DNA from: Candidatus Syntropharchaeum caldarium
GTDB lineage: Archaea > Halobacteriota > Syntropharchaeia > Syntropharchaeales > Syntropharchaeaceae
DNA length: 32,000 nt
Direction: 5' to 3'
Assembly (NCBI GenBank): GCA_001766815.1
Contig: LYOS01000005.1
Span: 44,168-76,167 of the forward strand
The notes beneath the pieces are model-generated. The model did not search any database. It saw nothing but the letters and a program-made list of their open reading frames with translations, and had not been told where the DNA came from. The translations under genes were made by a program, and so were the position numbers. Shown here in pieces: positions 19,284 through 27,394 of this stretch. Position 1 is the stretch's first letter, and each line of letters starts with the position of its first letter.

Positions 19284-19407
19284 GTATAGCAGCGATCCAG
19301 ACTTCCCGAGGGCTCGCGCACCTCAGTACAATAAGGAACGCTGGCGGGCTTATCTTCTGTGTTCGGAATGGGTACAGGAGTTTCCCCGCCGCTATGGCCG
19401 CTATACC
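19284..19407 (-). rRNA. rrf: 5S ribosomal RNA (stand-alone copy)
   Basis: The reverse complement reads GGTATAGCGGCCATAGCGGCGGGGAAACTCCTGTACCCATTCCGAACACAGAAGATAAGCCCGCCAGCGTTCC...GGTGCGCGAGCCCTCGGGAAGTCTGGATCGCTGCTATACC. The conserved CCCATTCCGAACACAGAAG..TAAGCCC loop C / helix III core is present, and the terminal helix I pairs GGTATAGC with GCTATACC. The ends are good to about 2 nt. Confidence 0.92.
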
Positions 19408-19432
19408 AGTAAACCTTTATATTTCAGAGATC

Positions 19433-19440
19433 TATTTAAA
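19433..19440 (-). promoter_or_regulatory. Putative TATA box for the 5S rRNA gene
   Basis: TTTAAATA on the minus strand lies 26-33 nt upstream of the inferred 5S 5' end. This is the archaeal TATA consensus and spacing. Confidence 0.45.
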
Positions 19441-19531
19441 TCTTATCCTTCCATTCGTTGGGTGGGTGAGCCTTTCCACCTGTGCTATGTTTATCTATTC
19501 ATCGATCATACAGCGCTACAACTTTCTCGCA

Positions 19532-20407
19532 TTATGACAGAAAGTTATGCCCGAACGGTTTAGTGATCTGATCCCATATCTGCTTTATCGCTTCTGTAAC
19601 GCTGGAATCCTTAAATTCGATAACAGTCTTGCCTTCAACCATTGCTGCTGTAACTATGGGGTCAAACGGTATTCTGCCAGCAACATCAACGCCTTTAGCT
19701 TCACAGAAGCTTTGAATCTGTTCTGTCATCTCAGTATTTATGTCGTGCTTGTTTATACAGACTGTAGCCTGTACCTTAAAGTGCTCTGTGAGATCAAGTA
19801 CCCGTTCAAGATCATGCAGTCCTGACTGAGTGGGCTCTGTTATAACAAGAGCGAGATTGACACCTGTGAGTGATGCGATGACAGGGCACCCGATCCCCGG
19901 TGAACCATCGATCAGTATAAGATCTTTCTTCTCTTGCTCTGCGATTTCGAGTGCGTTATTCCGGACAAGTGTTACAAGCTTTCCAGACGCCTCTTCTGCG
20001 ATTTTAAGCTCTGCGTGTGAGAGCGGGCCGAACCGTGTATTAGAAATGAATGCGTATCCCGAGATGGTATCCTCGAGTTGAATCGCTTTTTCAGGGCAGA
20101 CGTAAGCACATACGCCACACCCCTCGCACACAAATGGGTCGATTTCACAATTCTCGATCGCATCAAACCTGCAGGCATCCTCGCATACACCACAGCAGGT
20201 ACACTTTTCTGTATCAATATGAGCAGTCTTTGATCCTGTGAACTCCATTCGTTCTTTTATTTCAGGTTTCAGGATGAGGTGCAAGTCGGGCGCATCGACA
20301 TCACAGTCTGCTATTGCGCAATCTCCAGCCGCAAGAGCTGCAAACGATGCCACGAGTGTTGTCTTACCTGTTCCACCTTTCCCACTCAAAATTGCGATCT
20401 GTTTCAT
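19532..20407 (-). CDS. MinD/ParA-superfamily P-loop ATPase with an inserted 2x[4Fe-4S] ferredoxin domain (COG1149-like)
   Basis: It has the deviant Walker A ILSGKGGTGKTT, two ferredoxin motifs (CTCCGVCEDACRFDAI and CEGCGVCAYVCPEKAI), and then LILIDGSPGIGCPV. Confidence 0.8.
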   Translation of the reverse strand: MKQIAILSGKGGTGKTTLVASFAALAAGDCAIADCDVDAPDLHLILKPEIKERMEFTGSKTAHIDTEKCTCCGVCEDACRFDAIENCEIDPFVCEGCGVCAYVCPEKAIQLEDTISGYAFISNTRFGPLSHAELKIAEEASGKLVTLVRNNALEIAEQEKKDLILIDGSPGIGCPVIASLTGVNLALVITEPTQSGLHDLERVLDLTEHFKVQATVCINKHDINTEMTEQIQSFCEAKGVDVAGRIPFDPIVTAAMVEGKTVIEFKDSSVTEAIKQIWDQITKPFGHNFLS

Positions 20408-20582
20408 CCTGATCTTCTCCTCTTTTCACTGTATTTGAGATCGCTCTTTAACTTTTCCATTTTATCACCTGTTACCCATCATCTGAGTAATTAATATTTT
20501 TGTTGGGTGTTGATGGGGGTGTATATCCGAAAAGTTGGAAATGATTTTTAGGGGAAGACGGACAACGGAACAAAAAACAATC

Positions 20583-20590
20583 TTTATATA
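20583..20590 (+). promoter_or_regulatory. Putative TATA box of the cdh (ACDS) operon
   Basis: TTTATATA is preceded by an A-rich BRE-like stretch and lies 46-53 nt upstream of the TTG start. A GGGAGAG Shine-Dalgarno sits about 8 nt before the start codon. Confidence 0.5.
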
Positions 20591-20635
20591 GAGTTAAAAT
20601 ACAGCTATCAACAAAGGCAAAAGGGAGAGATCATT

Positions 20636-23008
20636 TTGGAAGAGATTGGTGGAAAATTTAAGATTGAAGGATGGGAGAACGTCCAGATCAATATTGGCAA
20701 GGTCGAGGAAGAGGAGGAAGAATGGGAGCCGATGGGTCCTTATCCGATGCCAAAGATGGCTGATCTCAGAAACTGGGATTACAAGCTACTTAACAGGTAT
20801 AAACCCTTCTACGCACCGCTCTGTGACGTCTGTGCGCTCTGTACCTATGGGAAGTGCGATCTTTCCGGGAACAAGTACGGTGCATGTGGTATAAGGATGG
20901 ATGCGATGCAGGGCAGGATCGTGCTTCTTGCATGTCTTGTCGGGGCCTCGGCACACATGGCACATGGCAGGCACATGATACACGACCTTGAGCATCGATG
21001 GGGCGTTGATGTACCGTTAGATCTCGGAACAGAGATCAACGTACCAGCACCGCTGACACAGCTTATCACCGGGATTAAACCAAAGTCGATCCGTGATTTC
21101 CTGCCTGTTCTTGACTACATTGAGGAGAATATTGTGCAGCTTGCAGATGCACTCCACACAGGACAGGAAGGATCAGCAGATGACTTTGAGTCAAAAGCAC
21201 TCCAGATGGGGATGCTCGACTCACTCGGTAAAGAGGTCGCCGATATGGTGCAGATCGCATACTATAATATGCCACATGGTGAGAGCAACCAGCCATTCTT
21301 CGAGGTTGGGATGGGTTCGATCGACACAAATAAGCCAACGATCATCGTCATCGGGCACAACGCACCTCCATCGTTTGATATCGTAGACTATCTGACCGAG
21401 AAAGGTCTCGAGGATGAGGTGGAGCTTGGTGGTATATGCTGTACATCGATCGATATAACACGGAAATATCAGAAGGCAAAGATCGCATCAGGGCTTGGCA
21501 GACAGCTCAGGGTTATCAGGGCTGGATTTGCAGATGTGATCGTGATCGATGAACAGTGTATCAGGGCGGATATCCTGAAGCAGGCAAAGATCGTTGGATC
21601 GCCGGTCATCTGCACGAACGATAAAGCGATGCACGGGCTTGTCGATCGCACAGGCGATGACCAGGATGAGATAATCGATGATCTTGTTGAAGGAAGGGTC
21701 CCAGGTGTTGTGATCCTTGATCCATTCCAGGTCGGGAAGGTCGCTGTCGAGGTTGCAAGGAAGATGCACCCGAAGCGGGCAAAGAAGGAGTATATCCTCA
21801 GTGATGAAGCGTTCAAAGAATACCTTGAGTCATGTACGATGTGTGGCAGCTGTACGTTCGCATGTCCACAGGGATTGAGGATCGGAGGAGCAAACAAGAA
21901 AGCACTCGAGGGTGATTTAGAGCCGCTTATAAAGATGTTTGATCAATGTGTTGGGTGTGGCAGGTGTGAACAGGTCTGCAAGAAGCACATCCCGATCGTT
22001 GATGTTATGGTGAAAGCTGCACGCCCGGTTATTGAGAAAGAGAAGGGCAAGATGAGGGCAGGCAGAGGTCCTGTGAGAGATACTGAGATCAGACAGGTCG
22101 GAGCGCCGCTTGTGCTTGGAACAATCCCTGGTATTATCGCACCGATTGGATGCGGAAACTACCCCAACGGAACAAAGGATGTATACACGATCGTTGATGA
22201 GTTTGCATCGAGGGGTTACATCGTGACCCTGACAGGGTGCATGGCGATCGATTGTGGATTCCATCTGGATGATGAAGGAAAATCGGTGTATGAGAAGTAT
22301 CCTGATGACTTTGATAAGGGATGCGTGCTTAATATCGGGTCATGTGTCGCAAACGCACACATACACGGTGCTGCTATCAAGGTTGCATCGATCTTTGCCA
22401 GGAGGCAGATCAGAGGAAACTATGATGAGATCGCAGACTATATCATAAACAGGGTAGGAGCATGTGGTGTTGCATGGGGTGCGATGTCACAGAAGGCAGC
22501 ATCGATTGCAACAGGTTTCAACAGGCTCGGTGTTCCCGCGGTTGTGGGTCCACACGGTGTTAAGTACAGAAGGGCATTCCTTGGGCGAAGGGATCTACCA
22601 GAGCGATGGAAGGTCTATGATACAAGAAACGGAGAAGAACTCTATTGCGAGCCATGTCCTGAGCATCTGCTTGTTGCAGCAGAGACGATAGAAGAGTGTC
22701 TACCACTGATGGCAAAACTCTGCTTCAGGGTTGCTGATACGTCCCCTGGACGAATGATCAAGCTGACACACTACATCGACCTCTCGATGAAGTACCTGAA
22801 AATAATGCCCCCAGACTGGCACCTCTATGTGAGAAGTGAGACCGACCTTCCGCTTGCAAAGAAGGAGTACTACCTGCAGCTTCTTGAGGAGGAGCAGGAT
22901 TGGAAGATCGACTGGAAGACGAAGAAGATCATTTCAGGTCCAGTGAAAGGCGTGGATCCATCGTTTAATCCAACGCTACTTGAACGATTACTACCGGAGA
23001 AGAGGTGA
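20636..23008 (+). CDS. cdhA: Acetyl-CoA decarbonylase/synthase alpha subunit (CODH catalytic subunit CdhA)
   Basis: 790 aa. The N-terminus aligns with remembered Methanosarcina CdhA (PMGP..., LLNRYKPFYAPLCDVCALCTYGKCDLSGNKYGACGI, HMAHGRH). An internal pair of ferredoxin motifs is present (CTMCGSCTFACPQ and CVGCGRCEQVCKK). The apparent start codon is TTG with a good Shine-Dalgarno. Confidence 0.95.
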   Translation: MEEIGGKFKIEGWENVQINIGKVEEEEEEWEPMGPYPMPKMADLRNWDYKLLNRYKPFYAPLCDVCALCTYGKCDLSGNKYGACGIRMDAMQGRIVLLACLVGASAHMAHGRHMIHDLEHRWGVDVPLDLGTEINVPAPLTQLITGIKPKSIRDFLPVLDYIEENIVQLADALHTGQEGSADDFESKALQMGMLDSLGKEVADMVQIAYYNMPHGESNQPFFEVGMGSIDTNKPTIIVIGHNAPPSFDIVDYLTEKGLEDEVELGGICCTSIDITRKYQKAKIASGLGRQLRVIRAGFADVIVIDEQCIRADILKQAKIVGSPVICTNDKAMHGLVDRTGDDQDEIIDDLVEGRVPGVVILDPFQVGKVAVEVARKMHPKRAKKEYILSDEAFKEYLESCTMCGSCTFACPQGLRIGGANKKALEGDLEPLIKMFDQCVGCGRCEQVCKKHIPIVDVMVKAARPVIEKEKGKMRAGRGPVRDTEIRQVGAPLVLGTIPGIIAPIGCGNYPNGTKDVYTIVDEFASRGYIVTLTGCMAIDCGFHLDDEGKSVYEKYPDDFDKGCVLNIGSCVANAHIHGAAIKVASIFARRQIRGNYDEIADYIINRVGACGVAWGAMSQKAASIATGFNRLGVPAVVGPHGVKYRRAFLGRRDLPERWKVYDTRNGEELYCEPCPEHLLVAAETIEECLPLMAKLCFRVADTSPGRMIKLTHYIDLSMKYLKIMPPDWHLYVRSETDLPLAKKEYYLQLLEEEQDWKIDWKTKKIISGPVKGVDPSFNPTLLERLLPEKR

Positions 23009-23014
23009 TAAAAT

Positions 23015-23581
23015 ATGGGTTGTGATTCTTGTGGGGGTTCATGCTCTCCACAAAATTATATTTCGTTTGACGTAGGAAACACACATGGTCCAGAGAGCGG
23101 CAGGCTGGCAGCACCAGAAGCAATCGGGAGATTGATAAAATCTGCAAAGCGACCGCTCTTGATCGTGGGTTCAGAGATACTTGAGGATGATGGTATGCTC
23201 GACAGGGCGATCGCCATCGGTAAGAAAGGAATTCCGATCGCTGCAACAGGTCCTGCTATTCGGGGTTTTGTTGAGCGTGAGTACGATGGAGAGGTATACT
23301 ATTACCAGCTCCATGAGCTTACCAACTGTATCCTTGATCCGGAATGGAAGGGACTTGATGGTCAGGGCAATTACGATGTCGTGGTCTTCTTCGGGATTAT
23401 ATACTACTATGCATCAGCAATGCTATCAGCGATCAAGAACTTTGGAACCGATCCGTTGATACGTGGTGTCTCGATCGATAAGTACTACCATCCACACGCC
23501 CGTATGACCTTTGGGAACTATAGCCCAAAGCGCCAGGCAGAATATTTAGAGATGCTGGATAAGTTAATTTCTGTATTATAA
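23015..23581 (+). CDS. cdhB: ACDS epsilon subunit (CdhB)
   Basis: 188 aa. AAPEAIGRLIKSAKRPLLIVG and the rest resemble CdhB. It sits immediately after cdhA, with an AGGTGA Shine-Dalgarno 7 nt upstream. Confidence 0.85.
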   Translation: MGCDSCGGSCSPQNYISFDVGNTHGPESGRLAAPEAIGRLIKSAKRPLLIVGSEILEDDGMLDRAIAIGKKGIPIAATGPAIRGFVEREYDGEVYYYQLHELTNCILDPEWKGLDGQGNYDVVVFFGIIYYYASAMLSAIKNFGTDPLIRGVSIDKYYHPHARMTFGNYSPKRQAEYLEMLDKLISVL

Positions 23582-23593
23582 AGGAGGTTTTAA

Positions 23594-25018
23594 ATGGCAG
23601 AAGAGTTTCCATTTGAGATTAGCCCGATGTATGAGGGCGAGCGAGTAAGAAAAGGAGATATGTATGTCGAGCTTGGAGGATCAACGAAGGATGGCTTCGA
23701 GCTTGTACAGGTGGTTGACGATCCGAACGAGGTTGAGGACGGAAAGGTCACGATCATCGGACCTGACATCCTCGATATGAAAGAGGGAGAGGCGTACCCC
23801 TATGGTATGATCTACAAGGTAGCAGGTGAGAAGCTTGAGAAGGATCTTGAGGCGGTCCTTGAGCGAAGGCATCACGAGTTCCAGCCATACATGCAGGGGT
23901 ACATGCACTTAAACCAGCGGTATGATATCTGGGTACGTATCAGCAAGGACATGATCAAGAACGGACTGAAATCATTTGAACAGATCGCAAAAGCGACGAT
24001 GATGCTCTACAAGAACGAGCTCCCATTCATTGAGAAGATGGAAGCGATCTATATCACAGATGAAGAGAAGGTGAAGGAAGAGCTTGCAAAGGCGATGGAA
24101 ATCTACAGGGCAAGGGATGAGCGAGCACGTGCGATGCATGATGAGGATGCGGACGTCTTCTATGGCTGCACACTCTGTCAGGCGTTTGCACCAACAAGCG
24201 TCTGTGTCGTAACACCCGATCGAACATCACTCTGTGGTGCGATGACATGGTTTGACTGCAGAGCCGCTGCAAAAGTAGATCCAGAAGGACCAAATTTCCC
24301 AATAGAGAAGGGTGAGTGCCTGGATGAGCTGAAGGGTGAGTACACTGGGGTCAACGAAAAAGCGGTTGAGCTATCAGGTGGTGAGTATGACAGGATAATG
24401 CTCTACACGTTTATGGAGTACCCACACACATCCTGTGGTTGCTTCGAGGTGATCGGGTTCTACATGCCCGAGGTGCAGGCGATCGGATGGGTCGATCGAA
24501 ACTTCCCAGCTGCAACACCTAACGGACTTCCATTCTCCTCGATGGCAGGGCAGGCTGGTGGTGGTAAGCAGACACTCGGATTCCTCGGTATCGGTATTCA
24601 GTACTTCTTCTCCCCGAAGTTCCTTCAGGGTGAGGGAGGATGGACAACCACGGCATGGATGCCAAAGGCGCTGAAAGATCGTGTACTCGAGGCGATTCCC
24701 GAGGATATGCGTGATAAGATCGCAACAGAGGAGGATGTAACAGACATCACCCAGCTGATGGAGTTCATGAAGAAGGTCAATCATCCGATGGTTGCAAAAT
24801 GGGCAGCAGAGGAAGAGGAAGAAGTCGAAGAGGCTGCAGAAGCAGCAGCACCAGAGGCAGCAGCAATGCCACAGATGCCAATGATGCAGCCTGGCATGAT
24901 GCCACAGATGCAACTTCCCGCATTTGCACCTTCTGGTGGAGCAGCAGGCGGGATCAAGCTGGTTTTGAAGAACGCCAATATCAAGGTGGAGAAGATAATA
25001 CTCAAGAAGAAGGAGTGA
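23594..25018 (+). CDS. cdhC: ACDS beta subunit (acetyl-CoA synthase A-cluster subunit CdhC)
   Basis: 474 aa. It has CTLCQAFAPTSVCVVTPDRTSLCGA and the A-cluster motif HTSCGCFE. The C-terminal tail is Ala/Glu/Met/Pro-rich and of low complexity. Confidence 0.95.
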   Translation: MAEEFPFEISPMYEGERVRKGDMYVELGGSTKDGFELVQVVDDPNEVEDGKVTIIGPDILDMKEGEAYPYGMIYKVAGEKLEKDLEAVLERRHHEFQPYMQGYMHLNQRYDIWVRISKDMIKNGLKSFEQIAKATMMLYKNELPFIEKMEAIYITDEEKVKEELAKAMEIYRARDERARAMHDEDADVFYGCTLCQAFAPTSVCVVTPDRTSLCGAMTWFDCRAAAKVDPEGPNFPIEKGECLDELKGEYTGVNEKAVELSGGEYDRIMLYTFMEYPHTSCGCFEVIGFYMPEVQAIGWVDRNFPAATPNGLPFSSMAGQAGGGKQTLGFLGIGIQYFFSPKFLQGEGGWTTTAWMPKALKDRVLEAIPEDMRDKIATEEDVTDITQLMEFMKKVNHPMVAKWAAEEEEEVEEAAEAAAPEAAAMPQMPMMQPGMMPQMQLPAFAPSGGAAGGIKLVLKNANIKVEKIILKKKE

Positions 25019-25052
25019 TCCTTCTCTCTTCTTTTTCATATTTTTCACAGAA

Positions 25053-25805
25053 ATGACAACCATCGTGATATCTGGAAAGGGCGGCACAGGAAAGACAAAT
25101 ATAGCCGCGCTTCTCGTTCGGATTCTCTCGGAAAATAAACTTGTTCTTGCGATAGATGCAGATCCTGATACCAACCTGGCTGATGCACTCGGTTTTCCCG
25201 TTACAAAGACGGTAGGTGACATCAGGGAAGGATTTCTCGATGAGAAGGATGAACTGGCACCTGAACTTGATAAGCAATCATACTTTGAGTCCAGAGTGAT
25301 GAGTATCATCGAGGAGGCTGATCGGTTTGATATCATTGCGATGGGAAGACCTGAAGGACCGGGTTGCTACTGTTATGCCAACAACATCTTAAGAGCCGTT
25401 ATCGAGAAGCTTGAGGGAAATTACGAGATGGTTGTGATCGATACCGAGGCAGGGCTTGAACACTTGAGCCGCAGGACCGTCAGAGACATAGATTTACTCC
25501 TTGTTGTGAGCGATGTATCAAAGAGAGGGCTTGATACGGCAGATCGCATCAGGACCCTTGCAAATGAGCTTAATATCAGGGTAAAACGGATTGCAGTCAT
25601 TGCAAACAAGGTCAGAAATGAACACGATCGCGAGAAGTTGAAAAATATGGCAGAGAAGATGAATCTTGAGTTAATTGGCTTCATACCTTTTGACGAGGGA
25701 CTTGCAGCGCTTGATCTGGATGGGTTACCTTTAACTCAGTTAAAAGATGACTCTCCAGCATTTAAAGCGGTTAAAGAGGTCGTTGAGAGGTTGAATATAG
25801 GCTAA
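25053..25805 (+). CDS. cooC: CooC-type nickel-insertion accessory ATPase of the cdh operon
   Basis: It has the deviant Walker A ISGKGGTGKT, AIDADPDTNL, and the metal-binding CxC motif GPGCYCYANN. It occupies the same position as the accessory ORF between cdhC and cdhD in Methanosarcina. Confidence 0.85.
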   Translation: MTTIVISGKGGTGKTNIAALLVRILSENKLVLAIDADPDTNLADALGFPVTKTVGDIREGFLDEKDELAPELDKQSYFESRVMSIIEEADRFDIIAMGRPEGPGCYCYANNILRAVIEKLEGNYEMVVIDTEAGLEHLSRRTVRDIDLLLVVSDVSKRGLDTADRIRTLANELNIRVKRIAVIANKVRNEHDREKLKNMAEKMNLELIGFIPFDEGLAALDLDGLPLTQLKDDSPAFKAVKEVVERLNIG

Positions 25806-25825
25806 ATATAAATTGAGGTGATGGC

Positions 25826-26041
25826 ATGACTGAAATTAAGCTTGAAGATCTTATGAAGATCTTTGAGGGGGCTGATGTAGCAGAACTTGAGAACGTCACG
25901 ATAAACGGGAATGTTGAGATAGAAGCGACTTCAGGTGGAGGAGATACCGCAGGCATACAGCTCGCGATTGGGCAGGGAGCAGCTCAGGTTGGGATGAGCG
26001 TATTACAGCTTGCTCAGATGCTTGGGATTAAGAAGGGTTAG
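25826..26041 (+). CDS. Free-standing 71-aa paralog of the CdhD N-terminal domain
   Basis: By my hand alignment, about 45 of 71 positions are identical to residues 1-72 of the downstream CdhD (AELENV.I.G.VEIE...[17 protein letters not shown]...QLAQMLG). A GAGGTGA Shine-Dalgarno lies about 6 nt upstream of its ATG. Confidence 0.65.
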   Translation: MTEIKLEDLMKIFEGADVAELENVTINGNVEIEATSGGGDTAGIQLAIGQGAAQVGMSVLQLAQMLGIKKG

Positions 26042-26080
26042 TTTGATTGAAGGAAAAATTTGGGTGAGGTGATAGTATAA

Positions 26081-27391
26081 ATGACCACGATTAATTTCCA
26101 GGATTTAGTAAAGATCCTTGAGAAGTACGAGATAGCAGAGCTTGAGAATGTAGTGATAGATGGTGATGTGGAGATCGAGATGTTGGAAGGCGGTGGTGGA
26201 GATGCCGCGGCACTACAGCTTGCAATCGGCCAGGGAGCAGCACAGATCGGAATGAACCTGATGCAGCTTGCACAGATGCTTGGGTACCCGGTTGGGGCAT
26301 TGATGCAACCTGTGGGCGTTCCACCTGCTGTGGGTGCTGCTGAGGCAGAGATACTTGAGAAACTACTCGATGAGAAGTTTTCGGTTGAGCCTGAGAAGTA
26401 CACAACCGCAGTGGAAGAGGTCACGATTGGTGCAACAAAAGCAGATGGCGGAACACGTGAGACAACGGTTACAGTCGGCGGTGAGCGTGCTCTACCATTC
26501 TTCAATTACGCAGCTCCAATGCCAAACCCCATTGCAATAACACTTGACTGCTTTGATATGCCAATCGGGCTTGCAAAAGCGGTGAAGGTTCATTATGAGG
26601 ATGTAATGGAGAGTCCAGGCGAGTGGGCAAAGAAGAATGTTGAGAAGTTTGGGGCCGATATGGTAACGATTCACCTGATCAGTACCGATCCTCTTATCAA
26701 GGATACCCCACCAAAAGAGGCTGCAAAGGTTGTTGAGGAGGTTTTGCAGGCTGTAAAGGTCCCGATCGTGATCGGCGGTTCAGGAAATCCTGACAAAGAT
26801 CCAGCAGTCCTTGAGGCTGCGGCAGAGGTTGCAGAGGGTGAGAGGTGTTTGATCGCATCGGCAAACCTCAACATGGACTATGAAAGGATCGCAAAAGCAG
26901 CGATGGATCACGGGCACACATTACTCTCATGGACGCAGCTTGATATAAACAATCAGAAGACCCTGAACAGGTATCTATTCAAGGCTGGCGTGAAACGAGA
27001 GGATCTCGTGATTGATCCAACGACCGCAGCGCTTGGATATGGTATCGACTATGCCTTCACGAATATCGAGCGTATGCGGCTGATGGCGCTCAAAGGCGAT
27101 ACAGATCTGAACTTCCCGATCTCATGTGGTATCACGAACGCATGGGGTGCAAGAGAGGCATGGATGAAGGAATCACCGATCAAGGACGACTCAGACTGGG
27201 GACCCCGTGAGTACAGAGGACCATTGTTCGAGATAATTACAGGTCTGACACTCGGTATGGCCGGGGGAGATGTCTTTATGATGATGCACCCAGGTGCTGC
27301 TGCAACGGTCAAGGAAATTACCCGAACACTCAGAGGGGATGTTGAAGCAAAATCTGTCCCGATCGATGATTGGGTAACACTGGAGGTGTGA
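26081..27391 (+). CDS. cdhD: ACDS delta subunit (corrinoid/Fe-S protein small subunit CdhD)
   Basis: 436 aa and strongly similar to remembered Methanosarcina CdhD. Shared segments include [71 protein letters not shown] and [12 protein letters not shown]. Confidence 0.95.
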   Translation: MTTINFQDLVKILEKYEIAELENVVIDGDVEIEMLEGGGGDAAALQLAIGQGAAQIGMNLMQLAQMLGYPVGALMQPVGVPPAVGAAEAEILEKLLDEKFSVEPEKYTTAVEEVTIGATKADGGTRETTVTVGGERALPFFNYAAPMPNPIAITLDCFDMPIGLAKAVKVHYEDVMESPGEWAKKNVEKFGADMVTIHLISTDPLIKDTPPKEAAKVVEEVLQAVKVPIVIGGSGNPDKDPAVLEAAAEVAEGERCLIASANLNMDYERIAKAAMDHGHTLLSWTQLDINNQKTLNRYLFKAGVKREDLVIDPTTAALGYGIDYAFTNIERMRLMALKGDTDLNFPISCGITNAWGAREAWMKESPIKDDSDWGPREYRGPLFEIITGLTLGMAGGDVFMMMHPGAAATVKEITRTLRGDVEAKSVPIDDWVTLEV

Positions 27392-27394
27392 AGG

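Noticed and set aside
19229-19537. 102-aa ORF on the plus strand from the ORF track
   Set aside because: It lies directly antisense to, and fully covers, the 5S rRNA gene. It has no Shine-Dalgarno and no recognisable protein features. It is an artefact of the structured, stop-poor rRNA sequence.
20636-20638. TTG start codon of cdhA as a possible mis-annotation
   Set aside because: The N-terminal 40 residues align in character with remembered Methanosarcina CdhA (a segment preceding PMGP). A GGGAGAG Shine-Dalgarno is correctly spaced, so the TTG start is acceptable. The first ATG, at the PMGP Met, would delete conserved sequence.
24790-24960. Low-complexity Ala/Glu then Met/Pro/Gln-rich stretch at the CdhC C-terminus as a possible repeat or insertion
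   Set aside because: Archaeal CdhC proteins are known to carry a C-terminal extension relative to bacterial AcsB. The stretch is in frame, and the ORF ends normally afterwards. I judged it a lineage-typical linker or tail rather than an anomaly.
24374-25336. 320-aa ORF antisense to cdhC and cooC
   Set aside because: It is entirely antisense to two strongly conserved genes. Its translation is Cys/Ser/Leu-rich and of low complexity, typical of shadow ORFs opposite GC3-biased coding sequence.
26038-26505. 155-aa ORF antisense to the cdhD 5' region
   Set aside because: It is a shadow ORF opposite a conserved gene. It has Ala/Ser/Pro-rich composition and no start-site signals.
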